DNA from: Lytechinus pictus
Taxonomy: Eukaryota
Length of the DNA: 64,000 bases
Assembly: GCF_037042905.1 (NCBI RefSeq)
Contig: NC_087263.1
Span: forward strand, 12,960,001 to 13,024,000
Reading direction: 5' to 3'
This document shows positions 1 through 13,694 of the stretch, one piece after another. Under the pieces are notes generated by a model, which was not told the DNA's origin, ran no database searches, and saw only the letters and a program-made list of their open reading frames with translations. The position numbers and the translations under genes are program-made. How positions within the stretch are numbered: the stretch's first letter is position 1; every line of letters starts with the position of its first letter.

Positions 1-1023
1 TGACTTGAATATATAAATATTTCTTTTTTACCAACACACATTACCCAACACAGTGGACAGTATGTTGCACAACATTTTAAGTGCGTATGGTTATCAGCCT
101 CTGATGTTAAATTTCTCTCATACACTCCACCAGTGCAAATAGTTTTGGATAGGTTGTTCTTCATACAAAACAAGTTATATTTTTTCCTTGCATCGTATGA
201 TAATTTTTCCACAATTTCTTACAATGAGCATCGGCCCTAAGATATGCAGCTATGGTGCGTGGGTGCTCCTTGTGGTTAAGTCACTTCGGGAATGTAAGAA
301 AGCCATGCCAAATTAGATTGCCAACCCTTTATAATACCCACTCTGCCATTATAGAATAACTAAACAAAAGTACAGCATTGCTTCTAATTTATCTAAAATA
401 ACACATAATAAATGAAGAGGCTTTAATAGGAGGAATTTATAATTTGTTTACAAATTTTCTGCATTACTCCTATTTGTTTATTTGCCGAAAATGTGTAAAC
501 AAATTATAATTTCCTCCTATTAAAGCCTCTTCATTTACTATCTATTGTCCACGGCGGACGGCATTCGGATACTAATGAGTCAGAAAGAAGAGGATCGAGG
601 GTATTTGAATTCCAGTTCATCGTGGCTTGGCCGTGAACCAGAATAGCCTGGTGGTTAAGTCGCTGCCCGGAAAGCAGTAGATGGCAGGTTCGAATCCCAC
701 TGGTTCCAATTTTTTCTGACTTATTATTTTCATTGCAGATCGAGCTTACTGATCTTAAACAAATAGGAGTAATGCTGAAAATTTGTAAACAAATTAAAAA
801 ACACAGTTTATACAGTGCGAAATACACAGTGAAATCATCTTAACTCTCACTGCTAAAAAGAACACAGTGTCTTGACAATTGATGAGATAATTCCTCTTGC
901 AGCTCCAAAAAGCTAAACTGGAATGAACTTTGTAATATGTCATGAAAGATTGATGTCATAGTGAAGATCTCTATTTTACAATAAAAGGAGAGTGCTATGT
1001 GCAAGTAAAAACCTGGATACATC

Positions 1024-1266
1024 TTAAAGAACAAGAGATCCGGTTGGAAGCTGCAGATGTCTTATAATGGGAAGCACCGCCTCTTTGAATGCTGGTAGAC
1101 CTGTTTTGTATACAACTTCGCCAGGCAGGTGGTTCCACATTCGGATTGTCCTTGGGAAGAAGGAGCATTTGTAGGAATCAATTGACGATTTTGACACAGC
1201 AAATTTCAGTGTATGGTCCTTCCTTGCAAGATATGGTACCGGAGTGACTATAGCTGGCTTTGGCAT
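1024..1266 (-). mobile_element. LINE ORF2 C-terminal remnant
   Basis: YKCSFFPRTIRMWNHLP...FK is the classic terminal motif of CR1/Jockey-group ORF2. Confidence 0.75.
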
Positions 1267-2890
1267 AGTGTTATCACAGAGTGTTCATATAGTGTAATAT
1301 GTGAACATATTCACACTGTTAAAATGCTTAAATTTATCAGTGTGAAGATATTTTCACACTGTGGACACCTCGACAGTGTGACTGTTCAGAGCGTGTTCAC
1401 ATGGTCGACTATGTGAATATGTGATGCACACTATTGAACTGCTCAAATTTAACAGTGTGAAGGTGATTTCACATTGTGTTCCACACTGTGAACACAGTGG
1501 GACTGTGACTGTGGGACAGTATGTTCTTTCCAGTACACTGCTAAATTTGAACATTTTTACAGTGAATTAAATCACAGTTTCACACCATCCCCTCTGTGAT
1601 CACACTGTGTACACTCAATGAGTAGACAAAGGTAGAAGTGTCCTTGGTGTGTAATTGTTTTCACACTGTTTAACATTGCTAAATTTCCGCCTTTCAGATT
1701 AAAACTTAACCAAAAAAAAAAAAATAACTGAAGACCAAAAGAGCCTACATAAATTGAAAAGCCGGTTTTACCATCTCTCGGTCATCCAACTTTACATTGT
1801 TTGTTCATTTTAATTTTGTGTGGGTTTATGAAACTATACAAAATATTCTGAGGGTGTTGGGATGATGTATATAGTATATTAGATTCACGGGAAGGTCGTT
1901 CCTTTTAATTCTATTTTTACCAAACCGTCCAAGATTACACCATTATAAAATGTAAGGGCAACTACGTTCAGGAAGTCTATTTTTGTAAGTTATTTCCTAT
2001 ATAGAAAGTATGCTAAATATTTCCGAATGCTGTGGTAGAATTTAATTTGTGATTATCAAGTTTATTTATCAAATAGAAAGAGTCAAAACTAGGATAAAGA
2101 AAAAAAAAGATAAAAGTAAAAAAGTCTCAATACTATTTCACCGATGGTATTCATTGATATCCAATAATACCCCGAGGAAACACCTTGAATTCATTTTATT
2201 TAGATACATTGCCGGAAAGTCTCGTTTATCTCCGACTATATCAAATTCAATCCGTGGGAGTTCTTATTTGCAATGAGAGAAATAAAAAACATATCTGTAG
2301 AAAATAATATCATCATATTCCTACGCACAACTTAAGGTAAACATTTCAAATCCAACCGTGTAAAATAATGGATGAGATTCTCATCCTCCTGGGGAGCGGA
2401 AATAAAGCAACTATTTCATCATTTTGTAGGAAAAGGAAGGAATTCAACTGACAAATTACCGCTATTATCCTAGTTCAATTTGTCATCCAAAATACATTTC
2501 ATAAAAGTTTGTGTATGCAGAAATGCATCTTTATGCGTGACTTTTTAACTTATTTGGTTGATGCGGTCATATGTATTAGCTCAATCTTACCACGTCTCGT
2601 TAATTAAAAGGGGTTTCTAATGGCGGATATTGTTTTATTTTGAATAAAGGATGGTTACTCTCGCTCTTGTTGGATTTGGGAAATGCGATATAAGCCGTCT
2701 GTCTTAGTGATGGGTTTGAAGAATGTTCAAGACAGCGTTACTTGATATAAAAATGATTATAAATCATATAGAGACATAAATAAGAAAGCGCTAGACCCAC
2801 CCCTCCCCCCCCCCCCTCCTCCCTCTCCCCCGCTCTCTCTCTCTCTCTCTCTATCAACCTTTCTGAAACCTAGCTCCATTAATACTTACT

Positions 2891-2927
<37 letters not shown>
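2891..2927. repeat. (GAT)n microsatellite; others: (TA)n 3380-3407, (GT)n 4098-4122, (ATT/ATC)n 28590-28740, (GATA)n 54900-54922, (CAT)n 58680-58810
   Basis: Directly visible simple repeats. Confidence 0.95.
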
Positions 2928-2928
<1 letters not shown>

Positions 2929-3376
2929 CACATTTCTAAAGGAAGGTATAAAACACCACTGTTGAGCCTTGGCCAAGTGTGTAGGTGCCACGGCAGGGGA
3001 TCGAACTACGGACTCCCATGTGTTTAGTTACGGGCCTTAGACCTCTCGGCCACGAAACTTATGAAATTGTCACTCGTATTAATTCGATGTTCCTTTGACG
3101 AAGGAATTGTGTTAATAAGCAGTTGATATTTCTCCATGAATAGAGAATATTATTACGATGCTACGTACTCGATTCATCATCGAACCCCGGACTACCGCAT
3201 ATACCTGCTGTCTGTATCTTTGCTGTGTCTTTACTTGGATAATCTACAGATGAGTCACGTAAATATCCGAAACATTATAATTATGTTGTACCATATGAAC
3301 TATATATGACAAGGAAGAAATCATCCCTTTGAGTCGATTCTTTGTAGAATACCTCCTGCCTTCTTACCCATTTCAA

Positions 3377-3409
<33 letters not shown>

Positions 3410-5324
3410 AAGGTTTGCTATCTGCTCTATTTCTTTTCAAGCCATCGAAATAGGGGCAAGAGGTCATATATCTAATGAGGACAAAGCAAGACTTAAGACA
3501 GTGATTCGGATGTGTAATTGTACCTTAAGACCAAGGAATTTGACAAAGATCCTAAGTAAGCATGCCCTTTTATCATCTTGTGTTATTTTTTTCAGTAGGA
3601 AGGATCAGCATTGGGATAAGGTACAAAATCTTAGATTATAATTTTTATTTCCAATATTCAACCCATCTGTTTTAGAGGTGTGATAGTCCAGTTGTAACTT
3701 GAATTATTGAACCTGTTTTTTTCTTCTCTTCTGCCTTCCTTAATGTAAAATACTACGTTATTATGTATAATGATTATTACTACCATAACGGATGTATGGA
3801 ATGCTCCATTGTTGCCATTTTTTTATGTTCCTTTGCTCATGTAAGCAAGTCTCTATTTAAAGCCATTTTTTATGTAAATGTAAATTCACCTATTCAGTTT
3901 TATTGTATGATCGCTTTTTGTTTGCATTCAATATCTTATGTCTTTGTAATTTTACTTTTTATGTATATTTCAACCTGCCTTGAACCAGTATATAGGTTAT
4001 TATTCCATTGTTTCACTTTGTTCATTTGTATATTTGTATACTGCTTTTCTTTGAAATAAAGAAATGATAACAATCAAATATATATATGTATCTGTTTGTG
4101 GTGTGTGTGTGTGTGTGTGTGTATAGAGATACACACACAAACACATCAACAAAGCCACTAAGTTATTACAAAAGTGAGTTTCCTGGGAATGAAAAAAAGA
4201 GGGAAATTCCGATTTTTAAAATTCCCCCAGATTTTTCAAAATCCAGTGTACTTCCTGGTGCCATGTAGTCCCAGTTATTCATTGTGACGTCATCTGAGTG
4301 ATCATGCATTCGTCACCACGGCTGATGCGACGAGAAGACAACGAAACCGTCATAGCTTCTTCGCAGACGAGTGGCCCTCACCGATTTTGATCGATACACT
4401 TCCATGCGCGTGATTAGCAAGTATCGCTCACCGGTATTAGACTCTAGTGGTCCCCCGGCGGAGCGCGTGAGGGGAGGCCAGGCTGTCGGCATGACGTAAG
4501 GCAATCAGAGGAAAAACTATTTACAGACTCTTCCACACACGTTAAAAGGACTTTATTTAGATGTTTTTCAGGTGTCATGCTCGACTCCGGTTTGGCTTGG
4601 TGTGAACACGTTTCTACGTTTGTTTTTAAATATCTCGGGCAAGCATTAAGCATTAAAAAATCTTAAATAAATATGCCAGAATGATTCTGAGTAAAGACCA
4701 TCATAGATCTCAATGCTAAAAAAAAAACCAAAAGCTCCAAAAAGTAATTTCTTGACTAGTTGCCAACCAACCCAAGCTAGAAGAAGAAGGCTCTGGCGCA
4801 AATATCCACTTCTGAATGAAACGCGATGTATAAGCTAAAGCAACAACAAAATCCTTGTTGGCAATAATGGCAATAAGTTTAGCAGCGCACAATCAATTTT
4901 GTGTTGTTGTTTTTAAAATTCTAAACAACCTAATACCGACTTATCTAGAATAATTGATATGTAAACGAACCCAAACTGTCCCCTCCAATTCCCCCACGCA
5001 AGAGCGTATAATGTAAAAGCAAATCCTTTCCATATGTTGGAGCCAGTGACTCCCTGTAAATATTAAGCCTCGTACATCCCTGATTAGAATTGAAAAATTA
5101 TGCCAAGCCTTCTATTTGATTCAACAGCATTTTACCCAGGGGCGGATCCGGGATTTTCAAAGGGGGGGGGGCACATTTTTTTCCCGAGGAAAATTTGACC
5201 AAACAAGGGTTCTCACCCAAAATTAAGGACATTTCGTCCTACATTATACAATTACCCCTTACAAAGATGACAGAATAAACAGGTGCAATATGAATGGTAG
5301 CATAAGGTGTGACTGCCATTCTTA

Positions 5325-5580
5325 CAGGGGCGGATACAAGATTTTCCAGGGGGGCACATTTTTCGGAGGAAAAATTTGACAAGCCAAAAAAAAAAAGCTT
5401 TTTTAAACAAAAATGAAAGATATTTCGTACCAGAAAAAAAACAGACAAGCAAAAAAAAGTCTTCACTTTCAAAAGAGGGGGCACACCATTGTTTTTATTG
5501 CATTTTTACATTACAAATTTTAATTTTTGGGGGCACAGCCGGCCCGTGCCCCCCCCCCCCCCCCCCTGGATCCGCCAGTG
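5325..5580. mobile_element. hAT-like MITE (CAGGGGCGGATCC family; relatives at ~5137-5240, 30254-30504, 34604-34824)
   Basis: CAGGGGCGGATACAAG...CTGGATCCGCCAGTG with 8-bp TSD CATTCTTA/CATTCATA. Confidence 0.75.
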
Positions 5581-6739
5581 CATTCATACGTAAGGCCTCG
5601 GGCAAATACTTGTAACTTAAGATAGCTTGCTTGACTTTGATCCATGAGAAAGCTTTTAATAGGGAGAAAATTATATTATACCACCTACCTGTTACAGCAC
5701 GGTTTTCTTTTCACATCTTACTTTTCCTATTTGTGTTTCATCTCGTAATAAAAGTTAGTCCCGATAGTCGTGTACAGAAACATTGTTTTTTGTTTCCCTT
5801 GGGGGCGAAGGGGGTTAAATGGTATAGTGCGCCATTGAATGGACATCTAGATAAATCGGCGTCTCATAAAATGCTATATATGAACAGCTCATTTGCACAA
5901 GGGGTTAGATCCAATCTTCATCAAATTCGATTTTGTTTTTTTGTCTCAATGTATACGTTTTTAGTAGCTATATAAGATGATACCAAAGAAAAGTTGAAAT
6001 TCCCATTAAAAAGTGGACAAACATGGCAAAGAAACCACTTTTTTTCAAAAGGGATTAGATCCATTTCAGTTTGCTTGCAGAAGGGGCTATATTCACAATT
6101 GCGATTTTTTTTTTTAAAGAAATATTTAAAAATATGAAGACAGGTAGATTTTGTTTATACCTAATTTTATGTTCACATGGTAGGGTAGTTTATCATGACA
6201 ATTTAGTTTTGCATTAGAATATTGCAATATGGGAGAATAAAAAAAACATGATTTTCTCGGAATGGTCTACAGTGGATCTGAACCCTTTTGCAAACAAACT
6301 TTTCATATTAAGGTACCAATCGGAGAATAGGGAATAAAAAAATTATCAGATACATGAAATTAAATATGCGCCTTTTCTGTCTTCAATTTATGTATCCCTA
6401 TATCAATACGGTTTATGAAAATCAGAGAGAGCGAATCTTCAAAGTTAGCTGCCGACTGTCATGAAGTCATTATGAAATATGAAAAAGGTTTATGGCCATA
6501 AATATGTTTTAAATAATACCAAGAGGTTATCGAGTTAGTGGGAAAAAAAAGAAATGTGTCATGTAAAATAATTTTGAATTTTATTATTTTCTAGAAATGT
6601 ATTGCCGGGTTTCCATTTTTTTCTTTACAGTTTATGAATTCGCGTGGATTATTTCCTCTCTTCGTAATATCTGATAAATAGATTTTAGGAAGGGTTGTCA
6701 TTCAAATATTCTGGTTTAGAGCTTTGTATATTATAAATA

Positions 6740-7314
6740 AACTGGCCAGCAAAAGAAAGTACCTACTTCTTTCAAAGGCTGCACACAAAAATTCACCCCA
6801 TAGAAATAAAGAATTTTGTACACATGTATGGTGCAATATCCATTAGTAATCACATACCCAACAGGAAGTGATTATCTTTATTACAAAGAAATAAAATGAC
6901 ATGTACAGCATCTTGGTCACTGAATCAAAAGTCACAAAATGTAACAGAATGAGCCGTCCAGGTTTAACACAAAAGTCAATGTCAAAGAATGAAATAAACC
7001 AGACACATATCAATAGAAGGAATAGACTGAGGTGGTGCAGAGAGCATAGCCGCTGGACCAGAAGACAATGGAATGCAGTATTTGTGTAAAACCTGGACGG
7101 CTCATTCTGTTACATTTTGTGACTTTTGATTCAGTGACCAAGATGCTGTACATGTCATTTTATTTCTTTGTAATAAAGATAATCACTTCCTGTTGGGTAT
7201 GTGATTACTAATGGATATTGTACCATACCTGTGTACAAAATTGTTTATTTCTATGGGGTGAATTTTTGTGTGCAGCCTTTGAAAGAAGTGGGTACTTTCT
7301 TTTGCTGGCCAGTT
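6740..7314 (+). mobile_element. Internally deleted Tc1/mariner element (~230-bp TIRs, transposase remnant)
   Basis: TA-flanked inverted arms at about 6740-6971 and 7083-7314. The spacer encodes RRNRLRWCREHSRWTRRQWNAVF, a typical Tc1 motif just upstream of the first catalytic Asp. Confidence 0.88.
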
Positions 7315-10074
7315 TATGATTTATTCTCTTTTTTATCGGAGTAAGCCTGCTTAAACAAAAGTTGATTTCGAACTTTTTTTTTTTATTTTCGTTCCGTCGG
7401 GAAGCATCAATTGTACTGATAAACTAGTTTATTTATCCATAAAGCAATTATGTAAACTAGTTACTTAATCTGTAGATTAATTTGTCCCTAAACCCATTAA
7501 TGCGGCGTGGGATAGAACGAACTATACACGCATAAATCATATATCTATTCTTGTGTGTTTAGTGCACATGCAGAAAATATTCAATTCAATCAGCACTATA
7601 GTAAAGAACAATCAATTAGCAATCGTTATATAAACTGACTTTATCATAAAATGTCATACATTATATTCAATAGTTCTATGGTATATGATGTAATTAATCT
7701 GATTTCAATTCAATTCAATTCAATCATGGTTTATTTCGCATAAAAAACAGTACATGTTATTTGGGCTCATTCGTAAAAGAAAAATAAAATAAAAAGACAT
7801 CTCCCTAATCTACGAAGTGTTGGGTTATGTGACTTAACAATTCGGTGAAATGCTAAAAGCAAAGTACGAATCATCACGGAACGTTAATAACATAATTATC
7901 ATTGAGAACAGATTAACACCCTCGCACGGTATACACGGGGCACAGTTTCTTCTATTAATCGAATCTGAAAGCCACAAGGGTTCCATGGAAAACCGCCAGA
8001 ATTCACTCGTTTTATGAAAAAGCTAAAATTGACCGAAACACAAATGACAGGTTACAGACGGGGATTAAACTGCTTAATGGGTTACTACTTTGTGAACTTG
8101 CATGTTTTGTTGCATACATACATTGCAATCTCCGTGCGGGTGCATTTTGGTGTGTGACGTTACGATTTGTCTTTCTAGCAAGCTCTTGCAATTTTGAGAA
8201 TCTTGAAAAAAAAATGTTGGGTAAAGTGCGAAACGGCTCATGGCTCTTGTCAGGTTTGTGCAAAACTGTTACTTTTCGTGATTTACCGGCGTGCCAAAAT
8301 AACAAAGTGTATACCCTACACTTCTTTGATTAGAAGAACCGTTTTTACGAATTACTCAAAACGTGATAGCACAACGTGACGTGATTGCTTGAGTAAACGT
8401 TGCAAGCCAAGCCATACACATTCATTCATTCAATCTAGTAATCGAATGGATTAGGAATAGCCAATTTTGTGTGACTTACCAATACCAATAGACAGGCTAT
8501 AATCATTGTTGCTTTTTAAACAATGTCTCAATGCCACTTGACATAAAAGCCAGTATAATAGATTAGTTTCAAGATAACTAATTAATTCTACTCACGTCAT
8601 TTGTGCTTGTATTACGAAATGAAACAACATAAAAGAGAACACTGGGCAACTTTTTTTGTGACGAGACAAATTAACAACACGCCCTGCCTCCAAGCGGTCA
8701 AAATTAAATCTATTTTATCACCGCTTAAGACGTTACGAATTCACAAAAACAAATAAAAAATAATTTTAAGAGATAAATAAAAACGCCTAAATGTAACCTG
8801 CTATATACCTAAAAACCAACAATAAAATCCACATTTTACTCATTTTGAGAGAAGCACATCCTAAGCTTTAAAATGATACATAACTTGTCACAATTTATCA
8901 ACAATAACCCACACAAGTATATAAAAAAGCAGAAGAAAGTACGAGAGCTTCTAAAGAATTAGAAGAAAACAACGTTTAAAGTTAGGGGTCACTCAAGCAA
9001 AAGATATACGCACTGTGTAATATCAGTGAAACTTCCAATTCGTCCGCAAAAACATGTGTCAAGGAAATATATTTTTTTTTCTACTCAACTAGACAACTTG
9101 AAAGTTTTACAGTATCAAAAAGAGGAATACTCTTTAATTAAGTTTATTTTTGCTTCTTGAAGACCAAAACACTATTTTGCATAAATTTTACAGGGAACCT
9201 TCCCTTGCGACTTATTGTTAGTTTGGGAGTGTCTGCTCACTTTCTGTACACACTATAAATTGTAAAAAACTTTTGAATGTGCGAATTTGTTAAAAAAATG
9301 TATTATGCATAACGTTGTGATCAATGAAATATTAGGTATATGAATAACAGGTTTTTACATGTAGTCCCCGTGGCTCCTGATAAAAACCTCTGAAAATAAT
9401 TATGTAATGCGAAATGAAATCGGGTAAAGGTCTTAAAACGGTCTCTGTACGTAAAAGGGGGTCTCCACATATCAAAAAGTTGATTTTAATAAAAGAGAAC
9501 AAAATGAATAAGCTTAACGCTGAAAATGTCATAATAATCGGATGTAGAGTAAGACAAGTTATGAAAGTTTGAAGTTTCGATTTATATCCACAAAACGGTT
9601 ATATGCATATCCTGATCGGTATGCTGAGGATCTGATGCATCACCCACTTACCATTATAATAATGATAATAATTCTAAAACGATCCACATTGATTCTGTGC
9701 TCAAGGCGCCGAGAAAAGGAAATAAGAAAGATTACAAGGAGTGGGAAAAGACAAAGGATAAAAGAAACACAATCATGATAATGAGAGGAAACTACTGGAA
9801 GATAATAATAAGAATAAAAATAATAGCTGTATTTATATATTTTTTGCCTGAGGATACAAAGCGCTGTTATTATTACCCCGGCTTTAGCTCGAGCTACCAT
9901 CACCGGCGCTCAGTGCATGCAAGGAATTAATCCTGCCGGGTACCCATTCACCTCACCTGGGTCGAGTGCAGCACAGTGCGGACAAATTTCTTGCTGAAGG
10001 AAAACGCGCCATGGTTAGGATTCGAACCCACGACCCTCTGTTTGAAAGGCGAGAGTCAGAAAACATTTAAACAA

Positions 10075-10380
10075 ATGGGTTTTTAGAGCAACTTTGAAAC
10101 AATTGATATTACGAATGGAATATGGCAACTGATTCCATAAGGAAGGTCCAGCTTGTGCAAATGATCGACCCCCCCCCCCCCCGCCCATGATTTCTTGGAT
10201 TTAGAAACTGCAAGCAATGTGGTATTAGAAGATCTTAAACGTCGAGGAGGATTGTATGGCATCAACTGTGGCAGATCCATGGGTACAGTGAAAATCTAGC
10301 AATAATAACTTAAATACAATATGGTACTTTTTGATTTTGGTACATTGATGGGTAACCAATGCAGTGAGGACAGAACTGGA
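10075..10380 (-). mobile_element. LINE (L2/CR1-like) ORF2 C-terminal remnant
   Basis: YNPPRRLRSSNTTLLAV...WAG motif typical of L2-like ORF2 ends. Confidence 0.6.
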
Positions 10381-10699
10381 GTTATGTGAGTATACTGTTT
10401 TTAAAAACATGATTTTACAGAAAATTTTTTTTTGCAGAAAGCAATAACAGAATCATTCTGTAAATTCATAAAACAGGAATTTTTCTGCAATTTAACAGAA
10501 CAGGTCTGTTTAAAAAAGGGAAAAGGGTGTTTTATTCAAGGAAATTTGTAAGATTCCATACACCAAATACAAATTTCCTGTAACATTACGCAATCTGGTT
10601 AGATTACAGGTGTTCTCGAGACTCTGCTGCAGGAACTTCTTTTATTTTAAGGACAGTGTAGAGCACCTGATAAGTGTCAACAATACTGGCTGCAGACTT

Positions 10700-13694
10700 T
10701 TGTAAATTTTGTAAGCGTGAGAGTTAGTATTGTGGAAGTTGAAATCAGACATCAGAAATCTGACATCTATACCATGGTTAAATTGGTCAAATATTACATT
10801 GAGACAAGTTACAAGGAAAGTCAGTGGTCTGATAGGTGCAAAAATCCCCGATGGATTCCAACAATTGATTCTGAAATGGCTGCTAATACTTAAAGCGGAC
10901 ATAGCTCATTTCATATCGGCCTGGGAGATGTGATTTCCGTGTCTAAACCACTGGTTTCAAGGATCAATTAATATATTTGGGTAAGTTACAAGGACAGTCG
11001 GTGGCCTGGTATGACCAAAAATCCAATATGGCTTCCAAAAATAGATTCTAAAATGGCTGCTGATACTTAAAAGTGGCATACCTCATTTTATATCCGCCTG
11101 TGATATATGATTTCGGTGTCTGAACTATGGTTATAAGGGTCAAATTATAATCTATGTCAAGTTACAATGACAGTCAGTGGTCTAGTATGTTCAAAATTAC
11201 AAGATGGCGTCCAAAAATGGAGTAAAAAATGTCAGATGTTACTTATAAAAGGACATAGTTTGTTCAATATCTGTCTGGGGAATACGAATTTGATATTTAA
11301 ACCTTGGTTTAAAGGGTCAGGTAATACACTAGGGTAAGTTACAAGACCAGTCAAATGTGTGTATGTTAAAAAATCTAAGATGACTTAAAGGGATGATCCA
11401 GGCTAGAGATAATTATATCTCAATGAAAAGAGTAAATTTCTCAAAGCAAAACGCTGAAAATTTGATCAAAATCGGATAACAAATAACAAAGTTATTAAAT
11501 TTTAAAGATTTACATTATTCCAGTGAAACAGTTCTAGGCATGTCCTCATGAATATTCATTAGGTGGGCTGATGATGTCGTATCCCCACTTGTTCTTTTGT
11601 ATTTTATTATGTGAAATCAGGTTTATTCAACATTTTTCTACCAAGAATTAAAACATTTGAATTTACAACTGATTAAGTGCATCAGTTATTTATTGCCGCA
11701 ACTTATTTCATCATAATGGAGACACATCATTTACACATGTATGAAAAAAATGAAACAGTTATGATTTCATGTAATAACATAAGAAAAAAGGAAAGTGGAG
11801 ATGTGACATCATCAGTCCACCAAATGAATATTCATGACGATGTGCATATATAACTGTTTTCACAACATATTGATAAACTTTAAAATTCAATAACTTTGTT
11901 ATTTGTTATCCGATTTTGATGAAATTTTCAGCATTTTGCTCTGTGAATTTTACTCTATTTATTTAGATATAAAAATGTTCAGCCCGGACCATCCCTTTAA
12001 AAAAAATGGGGTGTAAATTGACTGTTGTTACTTAAAAGTATACATAGTTTATTAGAAATACATCTTGGAGGTATGATTTTGCTGTCTACACTAGAGTTTA
12101 AAGGGTTAAGTAATACGTTTTGGTTGAGTTGAAAGGACAGTCATGTGTCAGGTATGTCCAAAAATCGAAAATGGCTTTAAAAATTGGGGTCTTAAATGAC
12201 TAATGTTACTTAAAAGTGGATATAGAACATTACAAATACACCTTGGGGATATTATTTTTGTTCTACACTAGGGTTTCAAGGGTAAAAAAATACTTTGGGA
12301 CTGGTTACCATGATATGCAGTTATCCATTTTGCCTTGAAATCCAAGTTGGCTTCAAACAATGGGTTCTAAAGTGACTGCTGTTGCTTAAAAAATGACATA
12401 TTAGTTCCTACAATATCCACTTGTGAGAAATAATATTGGTGCCTACACTTAAATACATGGGGATAATTTATCATATTGTTTCATGAGTTGGTAACAGCAC
12501 CCATTTTGATGAAATTTTAGAATCCATCATGGATTTTTTGACAAAATGGAATACTAACCATCATTTTCCTTGTTCGAATGTATTATTTGACCTTTCCTAC
12601 CACAAATTAGACACCAACATTATTTCTTACAGATACATGTAGATATTGTAGAACTCTTACCACTATTGAGTGATATGAGTCGTTTTAGATGCCTTTTTTG
12701 AAAACCCTCTTGGATATTTATGCAAATTGGACAACTGCATATCAATGTAACCAGTCCAAACGTATTATTTTAACCATGAAACCATAGTGTGGACACCGAA
12801 ATTATATCTCCTTGGTGGATTTTAAATGAAGTATGTCAATTTTAAAGTAGAAGCAATGATTTTAGAGTTCCGATTTTTGGAAGCCATCTAGGATTTTCGA
12901 CATACTAGACAACTGTCTGTCATTGTAGCTAATTTTCTGACTTTAAAACCATGGTTATAGTCATCAAAATCATATGCCCTTGACGGATATTACATGAACT
13001 CCGTCCATTTTTTAAATACCAGCGCGGCTAATTTATACTATTTTTAAAGCCACCGTGGACTTGTGGACATACTTGACCACCCATCGTCCTTGCAACTTAT
13101 CCCAATGTATTATTTGACCCATTTAACCTTGGTATAGGCACAAAATCATATTCCCGGATAATGAAAAAACTATGTTTGTTTGTTTTTCAAAGTAGCAGCA
13201 TCATTTTTTACTCCATTTTTGGAAGCCATCTTGGATTTTTGGACACACCAGACCACTGACTATCCTTGTAACTTGTCCCGATGTACTACTTCGCCAGTAA
13301 AACCATTGAATAGATACCAAATTAAAGCCACTTAAGTAAGTATAGACGAATTATGGATTTTTTTAGCCTAAGGCAGCCATTTTGGGCGCCATCTTGGATT
13401 TTTCTGGTACCCGAGAGTGCTAATATTCACTCTAACTTGTTTCAACAAATTCGTGTACCTACTGGACCATGGAGTATGAAATCAAATAGGATTCTAGGGT
13501 GGGTAATGAGTGACTTATATACATTTTCAGTGAATGGCGGCCATCTTGGACGCCATCTTGAAAATAACCACTTTCCCATTTGCGGATTTTGGTAGATTTC
13601 TAGTATGTTGTTCCAAAGGTCAAATACTGCCAAAATCAGTTGAAAAATCATTTGTTGCAATTTGTTCCGGGTCAAACCATATATTGACCCGTCT
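10700..13694. repeat. Degenerate ~177-bp tandem array in two opposed blocks (probable non-autonomous DNA transposon)
   Basis: AAGTTACAAGGACAGTC...CAAGATGGC units start at ~10807, 10983, 11159, 11336, 12127 and 12302. Reverse-complement units (GCCATCTTGGATTTT) occur at ~12700-13400. Confidence 0.7.
11389..11996. mobile_element. Kolobok/T2-type MITE (family A)
   Basis: TTAA|AGGGATGATCCAGGCT...AGCCCGGACCATCCCT|TTAA, long imperfect TIRs. Confidence 0.85.

Noticed and set aside
4318..4355. Hammerhead-like CTGATG...GAAACCGTC
   Set aside because: The core reads CUGAUGC, not CUGANGA, stem II does not pair, and the ACGG/CCGT pairing has the wrong geometry.
8585..8700. Minus-strand splice donor (GTGAGTAG) suggesting an exon of a leftward gene
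   Set aside because: No supporting ORF, partner acceptor or homology could be read, so it cannot be supported from sequence alone.
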